47,560 bases of DNA from Candidatus Zhuqueibacterota bacterium (lineage in GTDB: Bacteria; BS750m-G25): contig JADHWK010000015.1 in the NCBI GenBank assembly GCA_016783505.1, positions 1-47,560 of the forward strand. The letters are read 5' to 3'. Both the position numbers and the translations under genes were made by a program. A model generated the notes under the pieces. That model did not search any database. It saw only the letters and a list, made by a program, of their open reading frames with translations, and was not told the origin of the DNA. Shown in pieces: positions 1 to 10,212 of the stretch. Positions within the stretch are counted from its first letter, which is position 1; each line of letters begins with the position of its first letter.

Positions 1-600
1 CTGAGCTTCTGGCATTGGTATGAAGTGACCATCTATGGGGTGGATGGTTTTTATGTGGAGATCACGGATGATGGGGGTGAAAATTGGACCACCTATGATT
101 TTATCGGCAGTGGAGGGGCTTTGGTTAATCCCCTGCTTCCTTTAGGGGGCGAATGGCTCCAGGCCCACTATGACATGTCATCTTATTCTGCAGGAACGGC
201 CATTCAGGTCCGATTCAGGTTTGTATCTGACAGTGAGGAAGTTGCCGAAGGACTGTATATTGATGATGTCCGGGTGGAAAGCTATTACAGTCACTTTGTC
301 CCGGTAGCAAAAACCGAAAAAGGCAAACCAACCCCCATGGATTTTTGTCTATCACAGAATTATCCCAACCCTTTTAATCCAAAAACTTATATACAATATA
401 ATTTGGCCAAACCAGGTAAGGTAACCCTGAAGGTTTACAATCTTCTCGGACAGGAGATTGAGACTCTGGTGAATGGATTTCAAGATGCGGGAAATTATCG
501 AATTCTACTGGATGCTTCCTCTTATTCTTCAGGAATCTATTTCTACCAGATAAAGGCAAATGGGTTTAGCTCGACCAGGAAAATGTGTTTTTTGAAATAG
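1..600 (+). CDS. Secreted protein, C-terminal part only (beta-sandwich domain plus T9SS/FlgD-type C-terminal sorting domain); 5'-truncated by the window edge
   Basis: Frame is open from base 1 (LSFWHWYEVTIYG...). VRFRFVSD...GLYIDDV motif, then CTD LSQNYPNPFNP...SSGIYFYQI...RKMCFLK. Confidence 0.85.
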   Translation: MSFWHWYEVTIYGVDGFYVEITDDGGENWTTYDFIGSGGALVNPLLPLGGEWLQAHYDMSSYSAGTAIQVRFRFVSDSEEVAEGLYIDDVRVESYYSHFVPVAKTEKGKPTPMDFCLSQNYPNPFNPKTYIQYNLAKPGKVTLKVYNLLGQEIETLVNGFQDAGNYRILLDASSYSSGIYFYQIKANGFSSTRKMCFLK

Positions 601-620
601 TATGTCTAATGAGTCTATAC

Positions 621-2312
621 ATGTTAAGAAAATTTCTTAGAGAAATCGAAATAAAAAGGGTGTTTTTATTTTTCCCATTGATTGAAATTCTAACTTTCAC
701 TATGGTTTTTGCGAATATTATCCACGTCCCCGCTGATTCCTTAACTATTCAGGCGGGGATCAATGGAGTGGTGGATGGGGATACGGTGTTGGTAGCTCCT
801 GGGATTTATTATGAGAATATTAACTTTTTGGGCAAAGGGATTTTGTTAGCCAGTCATTACATTTTCGATAATGATACGACTACCATTGATTCTACGATTA
901 TTGATGGAAGCAACCCGGCTAACCCCGATAGTGCCAGTGTGGTCCTGTTTATATCCGGTGAGGATACAAACTCAGTCCTTAAAGGATTTACGATTATGAA
1001 TGGAGGGGGGATTATCGACACATTTTACTATAATGCAAAAGGAGGTGGAATTTATTGTTATAATTCGTCACCTGTGATCTCGCATAATATAATTAAAAAT
1101 AATGGCACTACTGATTTTTTACTGTTTGTTTATGGTGGCGGAATATATTGTTATAATTCTCAAGCTGTCATTAAAAACAATATTATAAGGGATAATGTTG
1201 CGGGTGGTGCTGGTGGAATTTGTGCTTCTATATCTTCACCCATCATATCCAATAATATTATCAGCAATAATACTGCTATTGGGAGTTGGTGGGGCTCAGG
1301 TCTTGGTGGAGGCATTATATTTTCTTATTCATCCCCAAAGATAGTCAACAATACAATAATAAATAATGAAGCCTCTGGTGAAGTTGGTGGATTAGGGGGG
1401 GGGATATATGGTTATAGGGCCTCAGCAGCATTGATAGCTTATAATATTATCACTAACAATAATAGTTACGGTCGGTTTTATGGTGCCGGTGGTGATGGGG
1501 GTGGCGTTTATATTTTAGTGGATTCGATGAGTGTATTTAGAAATAACGTAGTGACCAACAACTGGTCATCTGGACCGTGGAATGGTAGGGGCGGTGGAAT
1601 TTTTTGCCGAGGCCCGATAATTATATTAAATAATACTATTTGCAATAACACTGCTTATAATGGGGATTATCCAGGAGTGGGTGGTGGAATTTATTGTTCT
1701 AATTCGGAACCACTTATCGTTAATTGTATCTTATGGGCCAACACCGCTGAGGTTGATTCTCAGATTTATTGGAGCGATGGAGCCATTCAAGTAACCTTTA
1801 GCGACATTCAAGGGGTTTGGGAAGGCCAGGGCAATATCAATGTTGACCCCCTATTTGTAGGTGGTGATCCCTTTGATTATAATTTACAGGAAGGTTCACC
1901 CTGTGTGGATGCGGGAACGGATACTATCATCACGGCTTTAGGGGATACAATTATAATCAACGACTATTCCGGGAATAGCCCCGATATGGGAGCCTTAGAA
2001 TCTCCCTATATAGTTATGGTAAAAGATTTGATTATAGATCTGATTCCTTCCCACTACTTTCTTTCCCAGAATTACCCCAATCCATTTAATTCAACCACCT
2101 ACATAAATTATGGTTTGAGCAAGGCCAGTAAGGTAACTATTAAGCTTTACAATATCCTTGGACAGAAGATAGAAACCCTAATAGATGAATACAGGGCTGC
2201 TGGAACATATCGAATTTTATGGGATGCTTCGGCTTATCCATCCGGGGTATATTTTTGTCAAATACACGTAGATGGTTATAATTTGACCAAAAAAATGTGT
2301 CTTTTAAAGTAG
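621..2312 (+). CDS. Right-handed parallel beta-helix repeat protein with T9SS-type CTD
   Basis: IIHVPADSLTIQAGI start of the mature domain, many GGGIYC/NNIIxNN repeats, C-terminal LSQNYPNPFN...KKMCLLK. Start uncertain (ATG 621; signal-like segment begins at ATA 651). Confidence 0.85.
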   Translation: MLRKFLREIEIKRVFLFFPLIEILTFTMVFANIIHVPADSLTIQAGINGVVDGDTVLVAPGIYYENINFLGKGILLASHYIFDNDTTTIDSTIIDGSNPANPDSASVVLFISGEDTNSVLKGFTIMNGGGIIDTFYYNAKGGGIYCYNSSPVISHNIIKNNGTTDFLLFVYGGGIYCYNSQAVIKNNIIRDNVAGGAGGICASISSPIISNNIISNNTAIGSWWGSGLGGGIIFSYSSPKIVNNTIINNEASGEVGGLGGGIYGYRASAALIAYNIITNNNSYGRFYGAGGDGGGVYILVDSMSVFRNNVVTNNWSSGPWNGRGGGIFCRGPIIILNNTICNNTAYNGDYPGVGGGIYCSNSEPLIVNCILWANTAEVDSQIYWSDGAIQVTFSDIQGVWEGQGNINVDPLFVGGDPFDYNLQEGSPCVDAGTDTIITALGDTIIINDYSGNSPDMGALESPYIVMVKDLIIDLIPSHYFLSQNYPNPFNSTTYINYGLSKASKVTIKLYNILGQKIETLIDEYRAAGTYRILWDASAYPSGVYFCQIHVDGYNLTKKMCLLK

Positions 2313-2340
2313 CCTATCAACAATTAATTACTTGCGAATT

Positions 2341-2985
2341 ATGATAGATGAAATTATAGAAAAATTGAAGGTAACCCATATTCTTGATTTTGGCTGTGGT
2401 GATGGAAGTTTTGATTACAATAAATTCCCAAGTCTATCTATAACTGCAATAGATAAAAGAACTCCAGAAAAAGCTCGTGAATTCCCTGCGAACGTGAAAT
2501 TTATTAATATCTATGAAAATAATAACGAAACTTTGTTACCGTTAAATGATAATCACTTTGATTTGGTGGTAATGAATTGGGTTCTCGAGCATGTTACAAA
2601 TCCATCTTTCTTAATTACCGAAGCTGAAAGGGTTTTAAAGAACGGAGGCTATTTTTATGTTACTATTCCAGATTACAAATCTTTACAAGATAGGCTATTT
2701 CGCTTAGCTACTACAAATGTTGGAAGCAAGCTGGGACCGCATATTCAGAAATTTACATTTCAAAATTTTCTTGAGTTAATATATTCAACTACTAATTTTA
2801 AGCTAGAAAAATTTGTGGTGACTGAAGCAGGTTTTGCTTTCATGAAACATTCAATTCTTGAAGTATTTCATAAACCATGTATGGGTTTTATGAATTTTTT
2901 TAAGAAAATAGGAGTAAATCTTTTGGCAAATTCTGATTATATTTTTATCTTTAGGTTGTATCCGATAAATTATGTAAAGGAATAG
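2341..2985 (+). CDS. Class I SAM-dependent methyltransferase
   Basis: ILDFGCGDG motif I; FDLVVMNWVLEHV; RVLKNGG. Confidence 0.85.
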   Translation: MIDEIIEKLKVTHILDFGCGDGSFDYNKFPSLSITAIDKRTPEKAREFPANVKFINIYENNNETLLPLNDNHFDLVVMNWVLEHVTNPSFLITEAERVLKNGGYFYVTIPDYKSLQDRLFRLATTNVGSKLGPHIQKFTFQNFLELIYSTTNFKLEKFVVTEAGFAFMKHSILEVFHKPCMGFMNFFKKIGVNLLANSDYIFIFRLYPINYVKE

Positions 2986-2997
2986 GAATATTTACCT

Positions 2998-3894
2998 ATG
3001 TCCAATATTGAAAAAATGAGCTATGTAGTGATAACCCCAGCAAAGGATGAAGCTAACTATATTGAATATACAATTAAAAGTATGATCAGACAGACACTTT
3101 TGCCTAAAATTTGGGTTATAGTTGATGATGACTCACAGGATAATACTATGAAGATTGTTCAAAATTTTTCGTGTAATAATGATTGGATAAAAATAATTTC
3201 TAGGAAAAATAAAAGCGGTTATTTTCTTGGTAGAGGTGTTGTCGAAGCATTCAATTATGGCCTGGAATATGTAAATCAAAATAATATACACTATAATTTT
3301 TTGGTAAAGATGGATGCTGACTTATCTTTTAACCAAGAATTTTTTGAAACCATTATACAAAAATTTAATAATAACAATGAAATAGGAATAATCTCTGGGA
3401 TATTATATGAGGTTAATAAACTCGGAAAGAAAAAGTGGGAAATAAGCCCAGAATATCACACTAGTGGTGCATGTAAAGTATACAAATCAGAATGTTTTAA
3501 TGAAATAAATGGAATAACACCGGTAATTGGATGGGATGCATTGGATAATATAAAAGCCATTGACAAAGGTTGGCTTACTGTGGCTTATAGAGACATTCAT
3601 TTTCAACATCTAAGACCTAAAGGAGGAAAGTATAGTTTGGCAAAAGGTCGGTTTTATCACGGTGTTAGTGCGTATAAAATTGGTTCAGATATAGTATATT
3701 TTTTTTTAAGGTGTATTTTTAGTTTAACAAAGAAACCCAAAATAATTGGTTCTTTCTATTTATTCTCTGGTTATTTATACGCTTTAATAACAAATGAAAG
3801 ACAAATCGTAACCCAAAAACAAAAGAGATTATTTAGGAAACTACAATGGAATTCCATTTTAGATAGGCTAACATATAAAATTAACACAATGTAA
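2998..3894 (+). CDS. Glycosyltransferase family 2
   Basis: VVITPAKDE, IVDDDSQD and KMDAD (DxD) motifs. Confidence 0.9.
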   Translation: MSNIEKMSYVVITPAKDEANYIEYTIKSMIRQTLLPKIWVIVDDDSQDNTMKIVQNFSCNNDWIKIISRKNKSGYFLGRGVVEAFNYGLEYVNQNNIHYNFLVKMDADLSFNQEFFETIIQKFNNNNEIGIISGILYEVNKLGKKKWEISPEYHTSGACKVYKSECFNEINGITPVIGWDALDNIKAIDKGWLTVAYRDIHFQHLRPKGGKYSLAKGRFYHGVSAYKIGSDIVYFFLRCIFSLTKKPKIIGSFYLFSGYLYALITNERQIVTQKQKRLFRKLQWNSILDRLTYKINTM

Positions 3895-3994
3895 ATGGGA
3901 GATAAACATAAATATTGGTTAATTGCTCAGAGCCGTGAAAGAGTATTCTATGGGGGTTCTCAGTCTCATTTGGTTTTTAAAAGGTAGTGTTATT

Positions 3995-4984
3995 ATGGGA
4001 AAAAAGGAAAGCATCTTGTTTACTTCTACATTTAATACAACATTTATTAAATGCGATTACCAAATTTTGAAAAAACACTTTCATGTTCATCAAATAATAG
4101 ATTCAGGAATAACTGCAATAATAAGAATATTTTGGAGCATCTTTAAGGTCAAAGTTACCTTTACTTGGTTCGCTTCTGTTTATTCCGGGTTAATTGTCTT
4201 TTTAGCAAAATTGCTGAGGAAAAAATCTGTTATCATATTAGGTGGTGTTGATGTAGCTAAAGAGAGGGAGATCAATTACGGCATTTGGTTAAATCCCTGG
4301 AAGTCAAAACTGGTGCGCTTTGCTTATCGACATGCAGATAAAATACTCGTCGTTGATCCCTCCCTCAAAGAAAAAGCTGTTCGATTAGCCAAATACAACG
4401 GTAATAACATAGTTTATCTTCCTATGGGGTATAATTCAAATTTCTGGAGACCATCGGGCCCCAAAGAACCCATCGTTCTTACTGCAGCACTTTACGAAGA
4501 CCCTCAACGGGTGAAAGTAAAGGGAATTGACAAACTCATTGAGACGGCCAGGGTGCTTAAGGATGTCTCTTTTGTTGTTGTTGGGGTGAAGGAAACACTG
4601 ATACCAACCTTGCAAAAAATGTCTTCAAAAAATATTACCTTTATTCCACCAGTTCCCCGGGAACGTTTAGTTAGCTATTATCAGCGGGCAAAGGTTTATT
4701 GTCAGCCCAGCTACACTGAGGGGTTTCCCAATGCCCTCTGTGAGGCGATGCTGTGCGGTTGTATCCCGGTGGGGACGAAGGTGGCGGGCATCCCCACAGC
4801 AATCGGAGACTCCGGTCTAATGGTGCCTTATGGTGATATTTCCGCCCTTTCGTCAGCGCTCAAGAAAGCCCTGGCAATGGATGAGGGCTCAGGCCAGCTG
4901 GCAAGAAACCGCATCGCCAATTTATTTCCAATGGAACGCAGGGAGAAAGGCTTAATAGAAATTATCTCAGGAATTCGGAAGTGA
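3995..4984 (+). CDS. Glycosyltransferase family 4
   Basis: KGID, EGFPNALCEAMLCG (Ex7E). ATG 3995 preferred over TTG 3923. Confidence 0.9.
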   Translation: MGKKESILFTSTFNTTFIKCDYQILKKHFHVHQIIDSGITAIIRIFWSIFKVKVTFTWFASVYSGLIVFLAKLLRKKSVIILGGVDVAKEREINYGIWLNPWKSKLVRFAYRHADKILVVDPSLKEKAVRLAKYNGNNIVYLPMGYNSNFWRPSGPKEPIVLTAALYEDPQRVKVKGIDKLIETARVLKDVSFVVVGVKETLIPTLQKMSSKNITFIPPVPRERLVSYYQRAKVYCQPSYTEGFPNALCEAMLCGCIPVGTKVAGIPTAIGDSGLMVPYGDISALSSALKKALAMDEGSGQLARNRIANLFPMERREKGLIEIISGIRK

Positions 4985-6384
4985 AGCTGACTTCAAAAAA
5001 TATCCTGGCTCTCTTTTTGGGAGACATCGGCAGCAGGTTGTTTGGATTCTTGGCAACAGCATACCTGGCACGAACATTGGGCGTCTCTAATTTTGGTGTG
5101 ATCAGCATCGGTCTGGCAATATTAGGTTATTCCATGCTTATCAATCGCAGTGGACTGCCTATTCTGGGCACCAGGGAGATTGTTTTAGCAAAGTCAGACA
5201 CCGGCGAATTTATTGGGGATATGTTCTCCCTTCGGCTCATTCTATCCGTTGTTGCCTGGATTTTGGTAGGTATGGTTGCCTTCATCTTTATCAAATCACC
5301 GGAAATTCTCCGGGTTGTTCTGGTTTATCAATTATATTTATTACCTTTTGCATTACTACCTGATTGGGTCTTTCAGGGACGCAACCAGATGGTCCCCATT
5401 GCCATGAGTCGGGTGCTAGGAATGGGGGCTTATTTTCTTTTTGTCTTTGCTTTTGTTAACTCTTCCTCAGATATCACTATCGCTGCGGTCGGATGGTGTT
5501 TCGGGGGTGTTTTCGCTACTATTTTCCTTTTATATAAATTCAAAAAAGAAGGGGGAAGATTGGCTTTTCACTGGTCACCCCGACGGTGGCTGACCCTGTG
5601 GACTAAATCTTTACCCCTGGGAGCGGCGGCTGTCATTGCTCAACTAACCCTTCAGTTCCCACCAATTTTTCTCGGGATAATGACCACTATCGCCGATGTG
5701 GGAATATACACCGCCGCCTATAAACTCGTTGTTTTATGGTTAATCATTGATAGAATTTTTTATTTTGTCTTCTTTCCGGCGGTTACCCGATGTTTTAAAG
5801 AGTCACCGGAACGCCTTGAAACCATGCTCAATCGGGTTCTAAAATATATTACTGTTACCGCTGTTTCTATGGGATTTTTTGGAATTTTATTAGCAGAACC
5901 CTTTATCAGGTTTATCTTTGGCCCTGATTATGTCAAAGCTATCCTACCGTTTCAGCTATTGATTGGCTATTTTATCCTGACCATGGTGAACAGTGTGTTT
6001 GCTTTTAGCCTTATCGGAATTGAACAGGAGAGGAGCTACACTTACGCCCGCCTTTTCGGTTCCGTGGTTTTTTTTATTTCTGCGCTGCCATTGACCACTT
6101 TATTCAGAGTTGCGGGTATCGCAGGGGCTTTGGTTTTATACGAAGGAGCGACCCTGATCCCGATGGCAGCTAAATTACATTCACAAATTCCATTGAAGTT
6201 GTGGCAGCAGTTTTTTAGACCCATAATAGCCGCGGCTGTTTTGTCTATACCATTTATCATCTGGAACCAGCTCTCCTTCCTATCTAAAGTATTTGCGGCT
6301 GTCTTCATCTATCTTCCCATCCTTGCCGTTTTATCGGGGTTTACAAAAGAAGATTATCGTTATTTACGGGAGAAATTCCTTTGA
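4981..6384 (+). CDS. Wzx-like oligosaccharide flippase (MOP superfamily)
   Basis: Many hydrophobic segments, YLARTLGVSNFG and VGIYTAAYKL motifs, located in a glycosyltransferase cluster. Confidence 0.85.
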   Translation: MKLTSKNILALFLGDIGSRLFGFLATAYLARTLGVSNFGVISIGLAILGYSMLINRSGLPILGTREIVLAKSDTGEFIGDMFSLRLILSVVAWILVGMVAFIFIKSPEILRVVLVYQLYLLPFALLPDWVFQGRNQMVPIAMSRVLGMGAYFLFVFAFVNSSSDITIAAVGWCFGGVFATIFLLYKFKKEGGRLAFHWSPRRWLTLWTKSLPLGAAAVIAQLTLQFPPIFLGIMTTIADVGIYTAAYKLVVLWLIIDRIFYFVFFPAVTRCFKESPERLETMLNRVLKYITVTAVSMGFFGILLAEPFIRFIFGPDYVKAILPFQLLIGYFILTMVNSVFAFSLIGIEQERSYTYARLFGSVVFFISALPLTTLFRVAGIAGALVLYEGATLIPMAAKLHSQIPLKLWQQFFRPIIAAAVLSIPFIIWNQLSFLSKVFAAVFIYLPILAVLSGFTKEDYRYLREKFL

Positions 6385-7934
6385 ACCTTGTCATAGGACT
6401 TGCTTTCGATCAACCCGGCTGGCGGATGATTTTTAGACAGGAAGGGATTCCCTTCAAGATCGTCCATCTCACTCAGGAAGTTGAACCCGATCAAATTAGC
6501 GTTCTGGTGGTAAACACTGGCCTTGACCCGCTTCAAAAACAGCAGGTTCAGCGGTATTTAAATTACGGCGGGGCGGTGATAACCGATGCGGCCTTAGCCA
6601 GATTACTTTTTAATATTGAAGCAAAACGTTCTAAAATTCGCTACCTGATTCCAAATTCAGAATCCATTTTTACAGACATTGCCCTGTGCAATTTGGATGT
6701 TGTAGGTACCTTACCCGCAGCGGCCCAGCATCTTCTGACTTACCGAGGACATCGTGCCATCCAGGTGCAAGAGTTCGGAGATGGTTGCCTGCTAATCTTG
6801 CCTTTTGATGTCAATCAATTAATGTTTGACAAGAGGGTAAAAAGAAGGAATTTTTACTTCCAGAAATCAAGATTGCCTTCCGAACGTGTTTCCCGGGTTT
6901 CCAAGGGACAGGTGCGGAAGATTGTCCGACGGGCCCTGGAATATTTACACCATCGCCGCGGGCTGCCGTTTGTCTCTTTGTGGTATTTCCCCGACGGGAA
7001 ACCCACTATATTCGCATTTCGGGTGGATACAGATTTTGGAAGCCAAGAAGAAGTGAACGCCCTTTATCAGGTTTGTAAAGACAACGAAATCGGGGGTTGT
7101 TGGTATGTTGAAACAAAAAGTCAATCAGCATGGATCCATCGGTATCGGGAAATGGAGGGTCAGGAGATTGGACTTCATTGTTACCGTCACCGCACATTCC
7201 GGAATTATCAAAAAAATATGGAAAATATTCGGCGAGGAAAAGCCATCCTTGCTAATGCCGGGATCGAAGCACAGGGTTTTGTTTCGCCTTATGGCGAATG
7301 GAACGTTCATTTAGCCCAGGCGATTGAAGACCAGGGTTTCAAATATTCTTCGGAATTTGCTTTGGATTACGACAATTTGCCCTTTTTTCCTTATATAGGC
7401 AATCGGTATTCCAATGTATTACAAATTCCTATTCATCCGGTCAGCTTTGGGGGGCTTCGTCGTGCAGGTTTTAACGATGATGAGATGTTCGCCTATTTTC
7501 GGGCATTGATCACCCAGAAGAAGAATGACAACGAAGCCACATTTTTAATCCATCATCCCCACCATAAAAGGTTGGATTTGATAGACAGGATTTTTGAATT
7601 TGTCAAAGAAAATAAAATTTTTCATATGCGCCTGGGGGATTATGCCTCTTGGTGGATACAAAAGCTCAATGTGGACCTTAGCCTTGAATTCGAGGGGGAA
7701 ACCATCTTTTTATATTACAACAACCCTATGCCCTCCCTTTGGCTGCGAATTAGTCACCCCCAAAAGGGGGTTGTATTCTGCCCTTTAAAATCGAAAATAA
7801 TCTTGGGTCAACTTGATTGGGGGGCATTTTCCAAATATTCTGAGTCCCCCAAAGACGTCCTTCGCTTGAGAAAATTTAACTGGCGCATGCTTATCCATGA
7901 CATCGAATTTTTGTATGGAAGGTATAGGCGATGA
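6381..7934 (+). CDS. Polysaccharide deacetylase family protein
   Basis: FRVDTD, EIGLHCYRH and GFVSPYG (NodB/CE4-like motifs). Confidence 0.7.
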   Translation: MNLVIGLAFDQPGWRMIFRQEGIPFKIVHLTQEVEPDQISVLVVNTGLDPLQKQQVQRYLNYGGAVITDAALARLLFNIEAKRSKIRYLIPNSESIFTDIALCNLDVVGTLPAAAQHLLTYRGHRAIQVQEFGDGCLLILPFDVNQLMFDKRVKRRNFYFQKSRLPSERVSRVSKGQVRKIVRRALEYLHHRRGLPFVSLWYFPDGKPTIFAFRVDTDFGSQEEVNALYQVCKDNEIGGCWYVETKSQSAWIHRYREMEGQEIGLHCYRHRTFRNYQKNMENIRRGKAILANAGIEAQGFVSPYGEWNVHLAQAIEDQGFKYSSEFALDYDNLPFFPYIGNRYSNVLQIPIHPVSFGGLRRAGFNDDEMFAYFRALITQKKNDNEATFLIHHPHHKRLDLIDRIFEFVKENKIFHMRLGDYASWWIQKLNVDLSLEFEGETIFLYYNNPMPSLWLRISHPQKGVVFCPLKSKIILGQLDWGAFSKYSESPKDVLRLRKFNWRMLIHDIEFLYGRYRR

Positions 7935-8968
7935 AAATTTATTTTGCCTGTTATCAGCCCGTCATGCTCATCCGGGGCGGACCGAGGGTTAAAATCATTG
8001 AGACGAAGAAATCCCTGGAATCACTTGGGATCCAGGTAGAGTATTTCAATATGTGGGATAACCCACTTGATGTTTTGGAATGCGATCTCCTTCATCTATT
8101 TTCAGCAAATCTGGGAACTTACAGCTTAGCCCGAAATATAAAAAATTTGGGGGTCAAGTATGTAGTAAATCCGATATATTTCACCAAACACTCGGCCCGA
8201 GCTGTTCGGACGGTCTGTGCTGTTGAAAATCTTATAGGACGTTTTGCCAGTGGGATTTGGACAGATTATGGTTTTGTCCGTGCTATCTGTCGCTGGGCCG
8301 AAGCCGTCCTGCCAAACACCCAGGATGAAGGGGATCTCATATCTGACGGAATGGGTATCCCATCTCACAAAATTCACGTTGTTCATAATGGGGTCTCAGA
8401 GAGGTTTCTCCACGGCGATCCAGAGCTTTTCAAAAAAGAATATGGCGTGGAAAATTTTATCCTTAATGTAGGACATATTGGCCCCTATCGGAAAAATGTT
8501 CTTACCCTTATCCGGGTATTAAACCGCATTGACCATCCGGCGGTAATCATCGGTCGCATTACCCCTGGACCGGATGGCGAGCAGTGTCTTCAAGAGGCAA
8601 CGAAGAATAAAAACTTAATTATCATTGACGGGATAGACCACGAGTCCCCTCTCCTCGCATCCGCCTATGCAGCTTGTGATGTTTTTGCCCTGCCGTCAAC
8701 GTTTGAAACCCCGGGCAGGGCAGCAATGGAGGCGGCCTTAGCTGGTGCCAAGATTGTCATCACCTCATTTGGCGGAACAAAAGAATATTTCAAATCTTAT
8801 GCGGAATATGTAGACCCCTATTCGGAAGATTCCATTTATCGAGGGATTATTACAGCATTAAATAAGAGAAAAAATGATGCCCTCCGGAATCACATCAGGG
8901 AAAATTTCCTCTGGGGAAAAATCGCCCAGCGCACCGATGAAATTTATCGGATGATACTGAAAAGATAG
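7931..8968 (+). CDS. Glycosyltransferase family 4
   Basis: VVHNGV, RKN, FALPSTFETPGRAAMEA. Confidence 0.9.
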   Translation: MKIYFACYQPVMLIRGGPRVKIIETKKSLESLGIQVEYFNMWDNPLDVLECDLLHLFSANLGTYSLARNIKNLGVKYVVNPIYFTKHSARAVRTVCAVENLIGRFASGIWTDYGFVRAICRWAEAVLPNTQDEGDLISDGMGIPSHKIHVVHNGVSERFLHGDPELFKKEYGVENFILNVGHIGPYRKNVLTLIRVLNRIDHPAVIIGRITPGPDGEQCLQEATKNKNLIIIDGIDHESPLLASAYAACDVFALPSTFETPGRAAMEAALAGAKIVITSFGGTKEYFKSYAEYVDPYSEDSIYRGIITALNKRKNDALRNHIRENFLWGKIAQRTDEIYRMILKR

Positions 8969-9060
8969 ACGTAACAGTTCGCCATGGAATATTAACGGAA
9001 TATTTTAAGTCAGACGTTTGGTCTAATATTTCTAGATATATGTAAAGAGAAGTGTAAGTA

Positions 9061-9828
9061 ATGATATTAAATGAATTGTTTGGATTTTTTCCTGAATGTT
9101 ACCTGAAGAATATAATTAGATGCTTATATCGTAACTATTTCAGGAAACACGATTTTAAAATATATTATAGAAAGAATTATTATCAGGTGGTTTTCGATGA
9201 TTTTACTCTTAAGTTTTATGATAATCCTTATGTTTCTATTTTAATTCCAGTTAAAGGTTATTTAAAAAAATATTCAATTCAAAGAGGAGATATCGTTATA
9301 GATGCAGGTGCTTACGTTGGAATATTTAATTTGATAGCATCTAAAATGGTTGGTGATGAGGGAAGAGTAATTGCTTTTGAACCTAATAGAGAAAACTATA
9401 AAAAATTATTAAATAACATAAAACTAAATGATGTAACTAACGTAACAGTATTAAAAAAAGGTTTATGGAGCAAAAATACAAAATTACAACTCAATAATGA
9501 ATATCCAGGAGTATCAACATTTCTTTTTGATAGAACTAAAAGTGAACATGTTGTTTTTGTACCAACTGTCCGTTTGGATGATGAAGTGAAAAAATTAGGA
9601 ATAAACACAATTAATTTTATCAAAATGGATATAGAGGGTGCAGAAATTGAAGCGATTAAAGGTTGTAAAAAAATTCTTAAGCATAACGATGTTAAATTAG
9701 CTATTGCGTCATATCATATAGTAAATGGACAGAAAAGTTGTTTTAAACTTGAAAAACTACTTTCAAAACTAGGGTATCAGACTGAAACATCATTCCCAGA
9801 ACATTTAACTACATATGCAAATAAATAA
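9061..9828 (+). CDS. FkbM family methyltransferase
   Basis: VIDAGAYVG, AFEP, FIKMDIEGAE. Markedly AT-rich compared with the upstream GT4. Confidence 0.9.
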   Translation: MILNELFGFFPECYLKNIIRCLYRNYFRKHDFKIYYRKNYYQVVFDDFTLKFYDNPYVSILIPVKGYLKKYSIQRGDIVIDAGAYVGIFNLIASKMVGDEGRVIAFEPNRENYKKLLNNIKLNDVTNVTVLKKGLWSKNTKLQLNNEYPGVSTFLFDRTKSEHVVFVPTVRLDDEVKKLGINTINFIKMDIEGAEIEAIKGCKKILKHNDVKLAIASYHIVNGQKSCFKLEKLLSKLGYQTETSFPEHLTTYANK

Positions 9829-9904
9829 TCTGGTTCTCCCCGAATTTTATGCCCCGAATATTTCAGAACGATCTTGGGAGAGTATCGATATTGTATAGGA
9901 TTTA

Positions 9905-10009
9905 GAAAATAATTTACTTCGCAGTCACGTTAGAAAAAATTCCCCCTTCTAGGGAAATATCGCCCAGCGCATCGCTGAGATTTATCGAATAGTATTAAAG
10001 AAGAAATAA
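9905..10009 (+). pseudogene. Decayed copy of the 3' end of the GT4 gene at 7931..8968
   Basis: Translates ENNLLRSHVRKNSPF*GNIAQRIAEIYRIVLKKK* versus KNDALRNHIRENFLWGKIAQRTDEIYRMILKR* (8870..8968). Confidence 0.8.
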
Positions 10010-10023
10010 TATCTACTGGCTAT

Positions 10024-10203
10024 ATGAAAAGGCTAAATATACTTATCGTTCAATACGTCTCAGAATTAAGCGGCCCTGGCAGGTTAACACTCAATTTGAT
10101 AAAATTTGAATTCATATCCCAGAATGCCAGAACAAAAATTGAGGAGAAATTCTCACTTAGTCTATTCGCAAAAAGAATTTATGAAAAACTTAATCAATTT
10201 TAG
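10024..10203 (+). pseudogene. Internally deleted GT4 glycosyltransferase (59-aa fusion of N- and C-terminus)
   Basis: MKRLNILIVQYVSELSGPGRLTLNLIK resembles a GT4 N-terminus; ISQNARTKIEEKFSLSLFAKRIYEKL resembles a GT4 C-terminal helix. Confidence 0.6.
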
Positions 10204-10212
10204 AGAACTATC

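Noticed and set aside
349-2312. Similar 3' ends of the first two genes as another displaced-end duplication
   Set aside because: Both are intact in-frame T9SS-type CTDs, which is ordinary domain sharing.
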